Shown: piece by piece, positions 1 to 8,225 of the stretch
How the letters are laid out: each line of letters opens with the position of its first letter
Position numbering within the stretch: position 1 is the stretch's first letter
Source: a virus
Reading direction: 5' to 3' (one strand)
Length of the DNA: 64,000 nt
Virus record (IMG/VR): IMGVR_UViG_3300036981_000377
Location: 36,407 to 100,406 of that record
Translations under genes and position numbers: made by a program
The notes under the pieces: generated by a model
Told to the model about the DNA's origin: nothing
Database searches by the model: none
Seen by the model: only the letters and a program-made list of their open reading frames with translations

Positions 1-541
1 GGATTGGCGGCAACATAGAGAACAGCTTCAACAGCGCGTTGACCAACGCACTGTTTGAAAGTTGATTTGTTTGCAACTTTTGATCGTGGATCTCCTGCAT
101 AGCTTTAATCATTTGTTGCCAGTCTGCCGGATGGCCGCTGCTCCAGCCATCGTGAGAAGGCAGATTTTTATCTGTAATTAGAACCTGCTTGGTCTCCGAG
201 TCTACAAGCTTAAAAAACGACTGCGTAAAAATACCAGCTACTAATTCCGGCGGCGTAACTTCTTTTTTAGCTAACAGCGCTTTAGCCGACGGAGCAAATG
301 TAGCGCCTAGAGCAGCAAACTTGCTACAGTAAAATAATTGCTGCCCGTGAAGCGTTTTAGCTAGTTTGGTGGCATGAATAGCGCACGTCAAACCGAGTCC
401 GTCTGGCGCCAGTAAACCACGAATAATTTGCAAAAGATCGTAGTCGCGCTGAATAGCAATACAATACGTTTGAATAAACTGGCGCTCATCTGGCGACATT
501 TTTGCTTGATCGAAGCCTGACATAACGCCGTCCGGGATCAT
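1..541 (-). CDS. Hypothetical protein, partial (runs off left edge)
   Basis: Manual translation from ATG at 541 (MIPDGVMSGFDQAK...) stays open to position 1. Not in the ORF track because it has no stop in the window. Confidence 0.7.
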   Translation of the reverse strand, partial: MIPDGVMSGFDQAKMSPDERQFIQTYCIAIQRDYDLLQIIRGLLAPDGLGLTCAIHATKLAKTLHGQQLFYCSKFAALGATFAPSAKALLAKKEVTPPELVAGIFTQSFFKLVDSETKQVLITDKNLPSHDGWSSGHPADWQQMIKAMQEIHDQKLQTNQLSNSALVNALLKLFSMLPPI

Positions 542-623
542 AGGGTAGTCAATTTATAGGCAACCGCGCACTCATCGAAACACGCTGCTCGCCGTATGGC
601 GTTCTTTTTGCGCTGCAGTAGCA

Positions 624-725
624 CTAGCGCCGTATTCGTGGACTAGGGCCTGTAAACATCACAATGGCTACGATAACGGCCATCGCGGTCGCAGCCTGCA
701 ATACCGCGCTTAGATTCTCGTCCAT
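624..725 (-). CDS. Small single-TM protein
   Basis: ATG at 725 preceded by AAGGAAG; MDENLSAVLQAATAMAVIVAIVMFTG is hydrophobic. Confidence 0.5.
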   Translation of the reverse strand: MDENLSAVLQAATAMAVIVAIVMFTGPSPRIRR

Positions 726-748
726 ATCTCTTCCTTTTCGCTGTGGTG

Positions 749-1102
749 TCACTCTGTTCGCGCCAGCAGCGAGCGAAGCGTGGCGATTTGCTGCGAGGTC
801 GGCAGCGGCGATGTGGTGCATTCACAAAAGCCGACTGCGCCTTCCACCGCCTCCCGCTCCGCGTCGGTGATACGCAGTCGGGCAATCTCTGCTTTTAAAT
901 GTTCGACCTCCTTCGACGCGGCTTCTGCTGATTCGCAGGCCGCGCGCCAATCGTGAGCCTTGTCGACAACGCACTGAATTAAAGCCTTCCTGTAATCATC
1001 TACGGTTGGCATATCGCTGCTGCTAACCGACTTAACACGTTGCCGAGCAATAATGGCGTATGCCTCATCAACGTTACTCATTTGCAAAACCATGTCACTC
1101 AT
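749..1102 (-). CDS. Small mosaic phage protein with C-terminal 'ITDAEREA...TLRSLLART' module
   Basis: 117-aa ORF, AAGGA upstream, C-terminal module shared with five other ORFs in the window. Confidence 0.75.
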   Translation of the reverse strand: MSDMVLQMSNVDEAYAIIARQRVKSVSSSDMPTVDDYRKALIQCVVDKAHDWRAACESAEAASKEVEHLKAEIARLRITDAEREAVEGAVGFCECTTSPLPTSQQIATLRSLLARTE

Positions 1103-1114
1103 CGTTTTCCTTTT

Positions 1115-1558
1115 TTATGTTTTATTGCAATACTTGTTTTCGACTGACAGCATGTAGTCGTGTAGCGGTTGATTGCGCGGCCACACAACTTCACCCGGAT
1201 CGCAAATCTCTGCTGTGTCGGCATACCGATAAACTGGTCGTGCCGGATACTCGGTTCCCGCTTCGCACACAACAATACGCTTGTTTTTGTCATTAATAAG
1301 CGGGCCGTGTTCTTCTAAAACTAAACCGGGCGGAGCAGGTTCCAGTTCTTCCTTGGGGCGAACTGTTCCAAAAGGAGCGCCCGTATCCCGGTGGTACTCG
1401 GTGAATAGATATTTGTGTTTGAACTTTTCGCGGATGCCGATAAAACCATTGCTCGCCTGCACGAAAACACCAAAGCCAATATTTCGACTGGACAGTCTAT
1501 ACACCCAGCCGTTGCGGCACTCGTTGAGCAGAATAGTGTTCTCTCGATTTGGGTTCAT
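1115..1558 (-). CDS. Hypothetical phage protein
   Basis: 147 aa; ATG overlaps the upstream TGA (ATGA). Confidence 0.75.
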   Translation of the reverse strand: MNPNRENTILLNECRNGWVYRLSSRNIGFGVFVQASNGFIGIREKFKHKYLFTEYHRDTGAPFGTVRPKEELEPAPPGLVLEEHGPLINDKNKRIVVCEAGTEYPARPVYRYADTAEICDPGEVVWPRNQPLHDYMLSVENKYCNKT

Positions 1559-2073
1559 CTCAACCTTTCTAATAAAGTACGCAGTGTAGCGGCGACGGCA
1601 ATTCCCTCCGGGCCAACATAAAGTTGCGCGACGGCGTGGGCTCCCACATCTAACGCCTCCCGCTCCTCGTTGGTGAGGCGTTCCCGTTCGGGAACTTTCC
1701 CCGCCTGTTCGCTGGATTCTCTAGCGGCGGCGGCACTTTTCGCGGATTCTGATCCCGTTCGGGACAGCAGCGAGCGAAGGGTGTCGGCTCTTTTATAGGC
1801 AGTAGCCGCATCGTCATCCGCAATACACGACGCAACTGCCTCCCGCTCCTCGTAGGTGAGACTAATCTCGGCAACGTAGTCCCTGAGGTTGTTGATCGCC
1901 ACACGCAGCGAATCTCTTTCCCTCGCCGTCCACGCCAGTTCACCGCGCAGGCCGGCGATCTCGTCAGCGGCCTCCTCGAATAAATCTCCGCTATGCGCAA
2001 GGTGCAGCCCACGCCAGTTGCGAAGCCGCGAGACAATATCTCCGTTATAAGCAGCCGGATCAATAGTGTTCAT
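1555..2073 (-). CDS. Mosaic phage protein: DIVxRLR...EAADEI module plus two LTxEEREA...TLRxLL modules
   Basis: Start re-called at ATG 2073 (ATGA overlap with the upstream stop, GGAG SD); two internal copies of the module. Confidence 0.75.
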   Translation of the reverse strand: MNTIDPAAYNGDIVSRLRNWRGLHLAHSGDLFEEAADEIAGLRGELAWTARERDSLRVAINNLRDYVAEISLTYEEREAVASCIADDDAATAYKRADTLRSLLSRTGSESAKSAAAARESSEQAGKVPERERLTNEEREALDVGAHAVAQLYVGPEGIAVAATLRTLLERLR

Positions 2074-2333
2074 TTTAACCGCTCCAGCAGCCCGCAAAGC
2101 GCAAGTCTTGCACCTTCAGGGCGTTCTGCGCCAGGAACAGCTGCGTACCAATTAATGACTTTCTGCTCGTAGGCAGATAGCGCTGGCCGCCACGCAGCTT
2201 GTTTTAATGTTACCGTATTTTGCAACTGCTGAATATATTCAATTAGCTCAAGAACCAGTGCAGCGCCTTCTGTTCTTGGTTGCGCAGCAGCCCATAATGT
2301 AGCTTTGTCGACGATGTCCATAACAGGCTCCAT
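2070..2333 (-). CDS. Small phage protein with degenerate 'LSAYEQ...LCGLLERLK' module
   Basis: 87 aa, translationally coupled to the downstream gene. Confidence 0.7.
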   Translation of the reverse strand: MEPVMDIVDKATLWAAAQPRTEGAALVLELIEYIQQLQNTVTLKQAAWRPALSAYEQKVINWYAAVPGAERPEGARLALCGLLERLK

Positions 2334-2356
2334 AACTTAAAACGTCAGCCTCCGAA

Positions 2357-2499
2357 TTGATCGGGCGGGAATTGCACCCGCTATGTACCTCACCGGCATG
2401 CTGTGTAGTTCACCCCGTCGGGTTAGGTCAAGCACGTGGCTGTTGGGTACCGGCACACCAAAGCGCCGCCTTAGTCGCTGTCACTAAGGAGCCGATCAA
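2357..2499 (-). ncRNA. tRNA-like structured RNA (acceptor stem + T-arm, expanded central domain)
   Basis: Minus strand: 5' TTGATCGG pairs with 3' CCGATCAA; directly adjacent T-arm GCGGG-TGCAATT-CCCGC; internal stems CCTTAGT/ACTAAGG and GTACC/GGTAC; fills an intergenic gap. Confidence 0.6.
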
Positions 2500-2503
2500 A
2501 CTG

Positions 2504-2995
2504 TTAATCAAAAAACGGAACCGTTTCTTGAAACAAAATACGATAAGCGTTGCCGGGATAATACCAACTATCTGACTGCCACGATACGTGACAACCAAGC
2601 ACTAGCGAAAGATCGCGCGTGGCAACATTTAAAGCCGCTTCGTATTCTTCTGTGTCAGTCGTCGGGTAGGGTTCTAATACGTAACATTCTTGCCCGTTAA
2701 TAGTTGTGCAACCAGAATGATCATACAAATCGTCGTGCGCACATAACACGTCTCGGCCTGTTTTAGCGGCAAGGGCTTCTTCTGCCGCAGCAAGCATAAA
2801 TAACAATTTTTGCAGCAAATAATCAGCAGAAAAATACTTATGCTCGTTATAGCCTTCCGGCAGTAGTGTTTTTGCCGCTGATACGATTTTTTTTCTGAGC
2901 CATTTTGGCGGCTTTGCCGCTTGGGTTACAGGACTCATTGTCGTTTTAGCGCGAAGTTCTTTGACATAATCTGGGTTCTTTTTTGCTTTTGACAT
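2504..2995 (-). CDS. Hypothetical protein
   Basis: 163-aa ORF with GAGG SD. Confidence 0.75.
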   Translation of the reverse strand: MSKAKKNPDYVKELRAKTTMSPVTQAAKPPKWLRKKIVSAAKTLLPEGYNEHKYFSADYLLQKLLFMLAAAEEALAAKTGRDVLCAHDDLYDHSGCTTINGQECYVLEPYPTTDTEEYEAALNVATRDLSLVLGCHVSWQSDSWYYPGNAYRILFQETVPFFD

Positions 2996-3025
2996 GATTA
3001 CCTCTTAAATGTAAAAACTAAACCA

Positions 3026-3096
3026 ATGCCCGACTAGGATTCGAACCTAGACTAAGAGAGCCAAAATCTCTTGTGCTACCGTTACACTATCGGGCA
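3026..3096 (-). tRNA. tRNA-Gln(TTG), no encoded CCA
   Basis: TGCCCGA acceptor stem, D arm GTGTAACGGTAGCAC, anticodon arm AGAGA-TTTTGGC-TCTCT, T arm CTAGG-TTCGAAT-CCTAG. Confidence 0.95.
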
Positions 3097-3238
3097 ACCG
3101 CGTATGGCGTCCTTACCAGTCCGACTTTCATTGCAGCTAGGGCATGAAAACCTCAAAGCTCAATGACTGTCGTTGTTATTGCCCACAAACGACTAGGGCA
3201 CCGGGCTGTAGCAACGAACAGCCTACAGCATGCCTTAC

Positions 3239-3808
3239 TTAGCTGAGAGCCGGCTCTCCCTTTGATATTGCTACAAATCGCTTGGCAACTTCTACTGTTG
3301 CTAAGACGTCGTTCATAGCATTGTGCGCATCGCCAGTCTCTATTGAGAAAAGCTGGCGTAACGCTGTCAGACTAAAAAAAGCAGGAATCATTTTAGTCGT
3401 CACGAAAAAGCGCGCTAAAGAAGCTGTGTCTAGCGCAGGATATGCGCAGTATTGCCGCCACATATCTTCGGGCATTAGTTGCGTCCAGATAAAGTCTAGA
3501 TCAAACGCAACGTTGTGCCCGGCCGGAATAAGCCGATCGTTATCAGCTAACTCCATGCCAGTGCGTAGAAACAGCTGCAGCTCTTCGCACGCAATCTCCG
3601 GAGACATCGACGTTTTTGCGTGCTGCACAAGATCTATTTTGTTAACAGAAATTGCGCCGGGATCTACGACATAAACCGGCGGCTTGACTCCGAAAGAAGT
3701 TGTCGTCACGACATTAAAATCGTTGTCGACAATAGCCGCGGCTACTGTTAACAGACTAAACTCTCGCGGGTCCAAGCCGCCCGTTTCCGTGTCAATAAAT
3801 ACAAACAT
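3239..3808 (-). CDS. DEDDh 3'-5' exonuclease (DnaQ/RNase T-like)
   Basis: ExoI FIDTETGG, ExoII GHNVAFDLDFI, ExoIII HNAMNDV. Confidence 0.92.
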   Translation of the reverse strand: MFVFIDTETGGLDPREFSLLTVAAAIVDNDFNVVTTTSFGVKPPVYVVDPGAISVNKIDLVQHAKTSMSPEIACEELQLFLRTGMELADNDRLIPAGHNVAFDLDFIWTQLMPEDMWRQYCAYPALDTASLARFFVTTKMIPAFFSLTALRQLFSIETGDAHNAMNDVLATVEVAKRFVAISKGEPALS

Positions 3809-3827
3809 AGCATCCTTTCAAAGACAA

Positions 3828-4130
3828 CTATTGCAAGTTACGCCTTTCGTGCTCGTCAAGCGCGAATTGCACCATAGCCGGAAGCAGGTCAACGCTCGTC
3901 TGAGAGCCGCCAACGTGCTTGCCGAGGTGCCAAAGAATTGAGCCAATTTCATCATCAGACAAAATTTTGTCGGCTTGTCCGTTATCATCAGAGTCAGTTT
4001 GAAATTTTGCAATGTCCAGAACGCTGACAACATCGAGCACAACGAGCACGTCGGCGTACTCTTCGCGAACTTTTTTCAAAGCAGTGATTGCTTCCCACGC
4101 CCGGTCCCGCTTAAGCTCAGATATTGACAT
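3828..4130 (-). CDS. Hypothetical protein
   Basis: 100 aa, AGGAG SD. Confidence 0.7.
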   Translation of the reverse strand: MSISELKRDRAWEAITALKKVREEYADVLVVLDVVSVLDIAKFQTDSDDNGQADKILSDDEIGSILWHLGKHVGGSQTSVDLLPAMVQFALDEHERRNLQ

Positions 4131-4141
4131 GGGAACTCCTA

Positions 4142-4381
4142 TTAATGGACTTCGTGCAGTGAAATAAACTGCCCGTTTTTTACAGAAAGATCTACAGCTG
4201 CAAAACCGCCGGGTGATTGTACGGCGGCTGTTACGGCTGTGACAAGCTCTTTATAAAGCCGCTTGCCCGCACTTACCCCTAGCTTTGCAGTTAAAAAACC
4301 TTCAAGCATTATTGCTTTACCGGCTTCGTTTTTAACAGTCACGTCATTAATTGTCCACACTGCGGCCTTTTCGTCACTCAT
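4142..4381 (-). CDS. Hypothetical protein
   Basis: 79 aa, overlaps the end of hldE. Confidence 0.65.
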   Translation of the reverse strand: MSDEKAAVWTINDVTVKNEAGKAIMLEGFLTAKLGVSAGKRLYKELVTAVTAAVQSPGGFAAVDLSVKNGQFISLHEVH

Positions 4382-5882
4382 GGCTTTTTGCCTTTAATTT
4401 GTTCACAAATACGGTTGTGCTGCTATTTGGCACAAGTGCCACAAACACAACTTCTCCGGGTGGTTCTTGCCGACTCACGGCGTCCGCACCGACTACAAGC
4501 TTATTTACATAATCTGCTCCTTTAACAAGCACGTCTGGTTTTATTGTTTCGATTAAATTTTGCAATACCGAGTTGTCTGCGGTGTCGTCAAAGACGCACA
4601 CAGCGTCGACTACGTCTAATGCGGCTATATTGCCGGCGCGAGTCGTCTGGTCTTGCACAGGGCGGTCAGGGCCTTTGAGCCGCGTTACGTTGTGATCAGC
4701 GTCTACGGCAACAATGAGCGTGTCGCCGTGCTGCTTGGCCTGCGTAAGAAGCTCTATGTGCCCAGCGTGGAGCAGGTCAAAACAACCGTTGGTGAACACG
4801 ATTTTGCGCCCAACCCGTTTATTCCGCGCTACAAATTGCGCTAAATCAGCAACAGCCATAATGCGGCGTACTGGATAGTTTTTGCGCAATACTTCTCGAA
4901 TTAACTTGTCGGCGTTTAATGGCTTTGTGCTATTTGTTCGCACCCGTTGGCCAGCCGCAACAATCCCAAACTGCATGAGTTTGAGCATGTCATTTTCTGT
5001 GAGATCTTTAGGCCTATATTTGCCAATTTCTGAAAAGCCAAGAACAAGCCCAGCTAAGAAAGTGTCGCCAGCGCCTACACAATTCCCAGATGAGTACCGG
5101 CGCGGGGTAGGAACAAAGCAAGTCTCGGTGTGCCTGAGGCTATAAAAAACACCAGACCCGCCGTCCGTCACAATTAATAATGGCGTGCGTAAATGCACTG
5201 ACGCTATTTTAATAGCTTCTGTTAACGACTTAAACGGCCCAATCGTATCGGCAAACAGTAGGAACTCCGCCATGTTGAGCTTGATTACGTCAGCGCCCAT
5301 GTAGCTGAGCAAATGCTGCGGCTTAGCGTCAACGTAAATTGGCGCTCCCGCAGTGTGCGCGGCGTTCACAAGCATTTTGCGGGTAGCTTCTGAAATACAC
5401 CCTTTGCTGTAATCAGAGACTACTACGCATTTTGATTCTTTAGCTCGAATTAAAAAAGCCTGCTGATAAAATAAAGCAGCGTTTAATTCATTCGGGGTCT
5501 CTGCGTCATGTCGCGCTAAAATGTGCCCATTAGCGTTCACATAGCGCGTTTTTACAGGCGTACAAAAATCCTTAAAAACAGTAATAACGCCACAACAACT
5601 TACGTTTGCTCTGGCTTGCAGTCGCCTAAGCATTTCTTGCGTTTCTTGACTGAAGTCCACAACAGAGAATGCCGAGACTTTAAATTTGGCCTGGGCCAAC
5701 GCTTCAATGACAATGCCCACGCCGCCCGGCTTAATGACGCGGTCGTGAGCTGCGCTAATAAGAGCTACGGCAGCGTGCTCTGCGTTTTTCTTAGCCGTGT
5801 CTACATTCCACCACACGTCAACGAGCAGGTCGCCTATGCAGACGACCTGCCCGCGGTTGGTGTGTTTGCTTTCCGTGCTCAT
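4374..5882 (-). CDS. hldE: Bifunctional heptose-7-phosphate kinase / heptose-1-phosphate adenylyltransferase (HldE/RfaE)
   Basis: N-terminal PfkB kinase (IGDLLVD, VKTRY, SDYSKG, GAGDTF) fused to a C-terminal nucleotidyltransferase (VFTNGCFDLLHAGH, LKGPDRP, LVKGADY, SSTT). Confidence 0.92.
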   Translation of the reverse strand: MSTESKHTNRGQVVCIGDLLVDVWWNVDTAKKNAEHAAVALISAAHDRVIKPGGVGIVIEALAQAKFKVSAFSVVDFSQETQEMLRRLQARANVSCCGVITVFKDFCTPVKTRYVNANGHILARHDAETPNELNAALFYQQAFLIRAKESKCVVVSDYSKGCISEATRKMLVNAAHTAGAPIYVDAKPQHLLSYMGADVIKLNMAEFLLFADTIGPFKSLTEAIKIASVHLRTPLLIVTDGGSGVFYSLRHTETCFVPTPRRYSSGNCVGAGDTFLAGLVLGFSEIGKYRPKDLTENDMLKLMQFGIVAAGQRVRTNSTKPLNADKLIREVLRKNYPVRRIMAVADLAQFVARNKRVGRKIVFTNGCFDLLHAGHIELLTQAKQHGDTLIVAVDADHNVTRLKGPDRPVQDQTTRAGNIAALDVVDAVCVFDDTADNSVLQNLIETIKPDVLVKGADYVNKLVVGADAVSRQEPPGEVVFVALVPNSSTTVFVNKLKAKSHE

Positions 5883-7048
5883 ACAACAATAAGCGAGACT
5901 GACTTATCTCCCAACGGAAACAGATAAACGCCGCATGCCGAAAACTCACGCGGCGTGTCTAACCGCATAAAAATTTGGCCGTTACCAATTTCTACCAAAG
6001 TAGTCGTGATGTACGGGCGAAATCGGGCCGCTTGTGCCGTCACGATAACCTGCAAATTTGTGTTTGGAATATCGAACGACCGCATTGCTCCGGTTGCTTG
6101 CGTATCATTACGCGCCCAGCGCTCTTTGTCAATGACCTGCACAAGTTTTTCAATGTCTTTTTCAGCCGCAATTAAAGTTGGCACAGATTGGGCAAAATTC
6201 CCGAAAACTTTGTTCAATTTTTCTACTACGTCTACAAGTTCGTTGTCCTCGGCAAGCTGCAAAATCATCGTTGGAACAAACAGCTTGGCGCAGGCTAATA
6301 AATACGGCGGCAATTCACTGGTGTCGTAGTCTTTGGTAGCCGCAAGGCAGAGAGACGCTGCTGGAGTTTTGACGTATTCACCCGTCTCTAAAATGACATG
6401 CGCGACATCACCCTTGATATACGCCAAGCCCCATAGCTCAGGCCCAAAACCGCCACCCATAAGTTCTCCGCGGTAAATCACGACATGCAGCGGTTCGAGG
6501 TCTATAGCCGCTACCTTATTAGGCGTAAATATTTTCAGAATATTAGCCCTGTAGTTTAGCGCAGGGGCTAGTGCTGCCTGCGTGTTTTGCGCGCTATCTG
6601 CCACAATACCGCGCAAAACATTTTCTTGGGCAATATCCGGATTATCTTGAAGCAAGACTAAAAACGTATAAAGTCCTTCAAGCAAGACTTTGTACTTGTC
6701 TTCGTCTTGAACGTTATTTTCTGTGAATATGTCAGCGTACGTTTGAGACAAAAGCGTGCTGCTAACTGGAAAATTTACGCTGTTCCACGAAAGCGCCCCA
6801 AGCGCCGTAAATACCTTCGCGGCCGAAGCTTGAAGCTCTGCTCGTTTTGAGCTGGTGTGCGTAAACAATTTTTGAGCGGCCTGCATTAACGCAACCGCTA
6901 AGAGAAACTCGTCTCGGGATGTGCTTTTGCCATATTGCGCGGCGGCGTAATTAGATACAAGCTCGCTAATCGCTTCGATCGGCTGGGGCGGCTCGTTGGG
7001 GGTGCTCAAGGACTTTGTAGCCATAGCGCTCATAGAGAAACCTTTCAA
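5879..7048 (-). CDS. Hypothetical protein
   Basis: 389-aa ORF in operon with hldE (ATGA coupling); start uncertain. Confidence 0.75.
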   Translation of the reverse strand: MKGFSMSAMATKSLSTPNEPPQPIEAISELVSNYAAAQYGKSTSRDEFLLAVALMQAAQKLFTHTSSKRAELQASAAKVFTALGALSWNSVNFPVSSTLLSQTYADIFTENNVQDEDKYKVLLEGLYTFLVLLQDNPDIAQENVLRGIVADSAQNTQAALAPALNYRANILKIFTPNKVAAIDLEPLHVVIYRGELMGGGFGPELWGLAYIKGDVAHVILETGEYVKTPAASLCLAATKDYDTSELPPYLLACAKLFVPTMILQLAEDNELVDVVEKLNKVFGNFAQSVPTLIAAEKDIEKLVQVIDKERWARNDTQATGAMRSFDIPNTNLQVIVTAQAARFRPYITTTLVEIGNGQIFMRLDTPREFSACGVYLFPLGDKSVSLIVV

Positions 7049-8225
7049 ACTTTCCTTTGTAGACAGCCTGACAAATGTCTAAAAACTGTGGAAACAAAAC
7101 GCGATAATCGCCAGATAGAAAGAAATCTAAATTTTTGTTGGCAGGAACATTAGAAATGCGCGCTATTTTTACAGCGCTAAAATCAAGCGGTTCCGGCAAC
7201 CTTTGACCGGCATCAATCGCAACAGACAATAATGGCAGCGCTGGCTGAGCGGACCCAGCTACAATAAACGTGCCGGCGGGGTCTCCGGCCATGCCAAATA
7301 CCTGCTCTGCAAAGACCAAATAATCTACGCTGGCAGTGGCGCCGAGAACAGCACCGAACTCTGCGCCGGCTGTTGACGGCATAATGTGCAACGGCGTTTC
7401 GCCAATCGTGACGTGCACGGTGGCAGCGGCGTTGTTGTCATAAGCTGCAGCAAGAATGCTGGCAGATCTGTCATCTTCCGGCGCTAAACCCCATCGGCCT
7501 ATACCCTCGGCTATGCCCACGCCGGCGTTTGCCGCAAGCTTGAGCGTTGACCCAAATACCGACATATCAGCTTTGTTCTTTTTAGCTGTCTGCAAGTCAC
7601 ACGCCGCGGCTTCGCTAGTCATAGCCACGTGCGTTACCACTTTATTTTTTAAGAGAGCAATAACAATTGGAGTAATACCGGCCTGCACTACATCTGCGTT
7701 TAAAAACAACATAACCGGCTTGTTCTGCTTTCGGGAATGAAACGCAGCTCGAGCCAGCGGAAGAAACGCCATAGCGTCTTTGTTTATTACGTATTCTTTA
7801 GGCGTAATAAACGGCTGCGCTTCTGGAATGACAGGCTGCGCAAGAAGCGTGGGGTCTAGCGCGGGTAACTGGCTGCTTATAGCTCTGGGCGGCGCATAAG
7901 CAGCTAACTCATCTTTGCGGGAATCATTTGCGAGCATTGGCCCAGAACCGCAAAACAACCACTCGGCAGAGACCACGCCACTTTCTACAAATTGCGCAAA
8001 CGTAGACAAACGCAAACGAGTACTATCATTTAAAATACGTTTTACCCAAAATTCTGAAAACCCTACAGCCTGCCCATACGCCGCTAAGTCACCGCCAAAC
8101 ACGTGCTCGCCAACGTAGCGCAGGCGGGCAGTGATGGCTTTTACTTTAGGGGACGTCAGGAAGGAACCTTTGCTCTTTTTCGGGTTTTTCGATTCGGCTC
8201 CGTCGGTAGGCGCATCCGGTGGCAT
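6966..8225 (-). CDS. N-terminal HTH fused to a deoxyhypusine-synthase-like domain
   Basis: N-terminal Cro/CI-like 'VSAEWLFCGSGPM'. C-terminal KPVMLFLNADVV..GITP..VVTHVAMT..SILAAAY..ATVHVTIG..DYLVF resembles DHS-fold proteins; recognised from memory only. Confidence 0.6.
   Translation of the reverse strand: MPPDAPTDGAESKNPKKSKGSFLTSPKVKAITARLRYVGEHVFGGDLAAYGQAVGFSEFWVKRILNDSTRLRLSTFAQFVESGVVSAEWLFCGSGPMLANDSRKDELAAYAPPRAISSQLPALDPTLLAQPVIPEAQPFITPKEYVINKDAMAFLPLARAAFHSRKQNKPVMLFLNADVVQAGITPIVIALLKNKVVTHVAMTSEAAACDLQTAKKNKADMSVFGSTLKLAANAGVGIAEGIGRWGLAPEDDRSASILAAAYDNNAAATVHVTIGETPLHIMPSTAGAEFGAVLGATASVDYLVFAEQVFGMAGDPAGTFIVAGSAQPALPLLSVAIDAGQRLPEPLDFSAVKIARISNVPANKNLDFFLSGDYRVLFPQFLDICQAVYKGKFERFLYERYGYKVLEHPQRAAPADRSD

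Noticed and set aside
2357-2499. tmRNA
   Set aside because: At 143 nt it is too short, the acceptor stem lacks the GGGG start and G3-U alanine determinant, and no tag ORF is evident.
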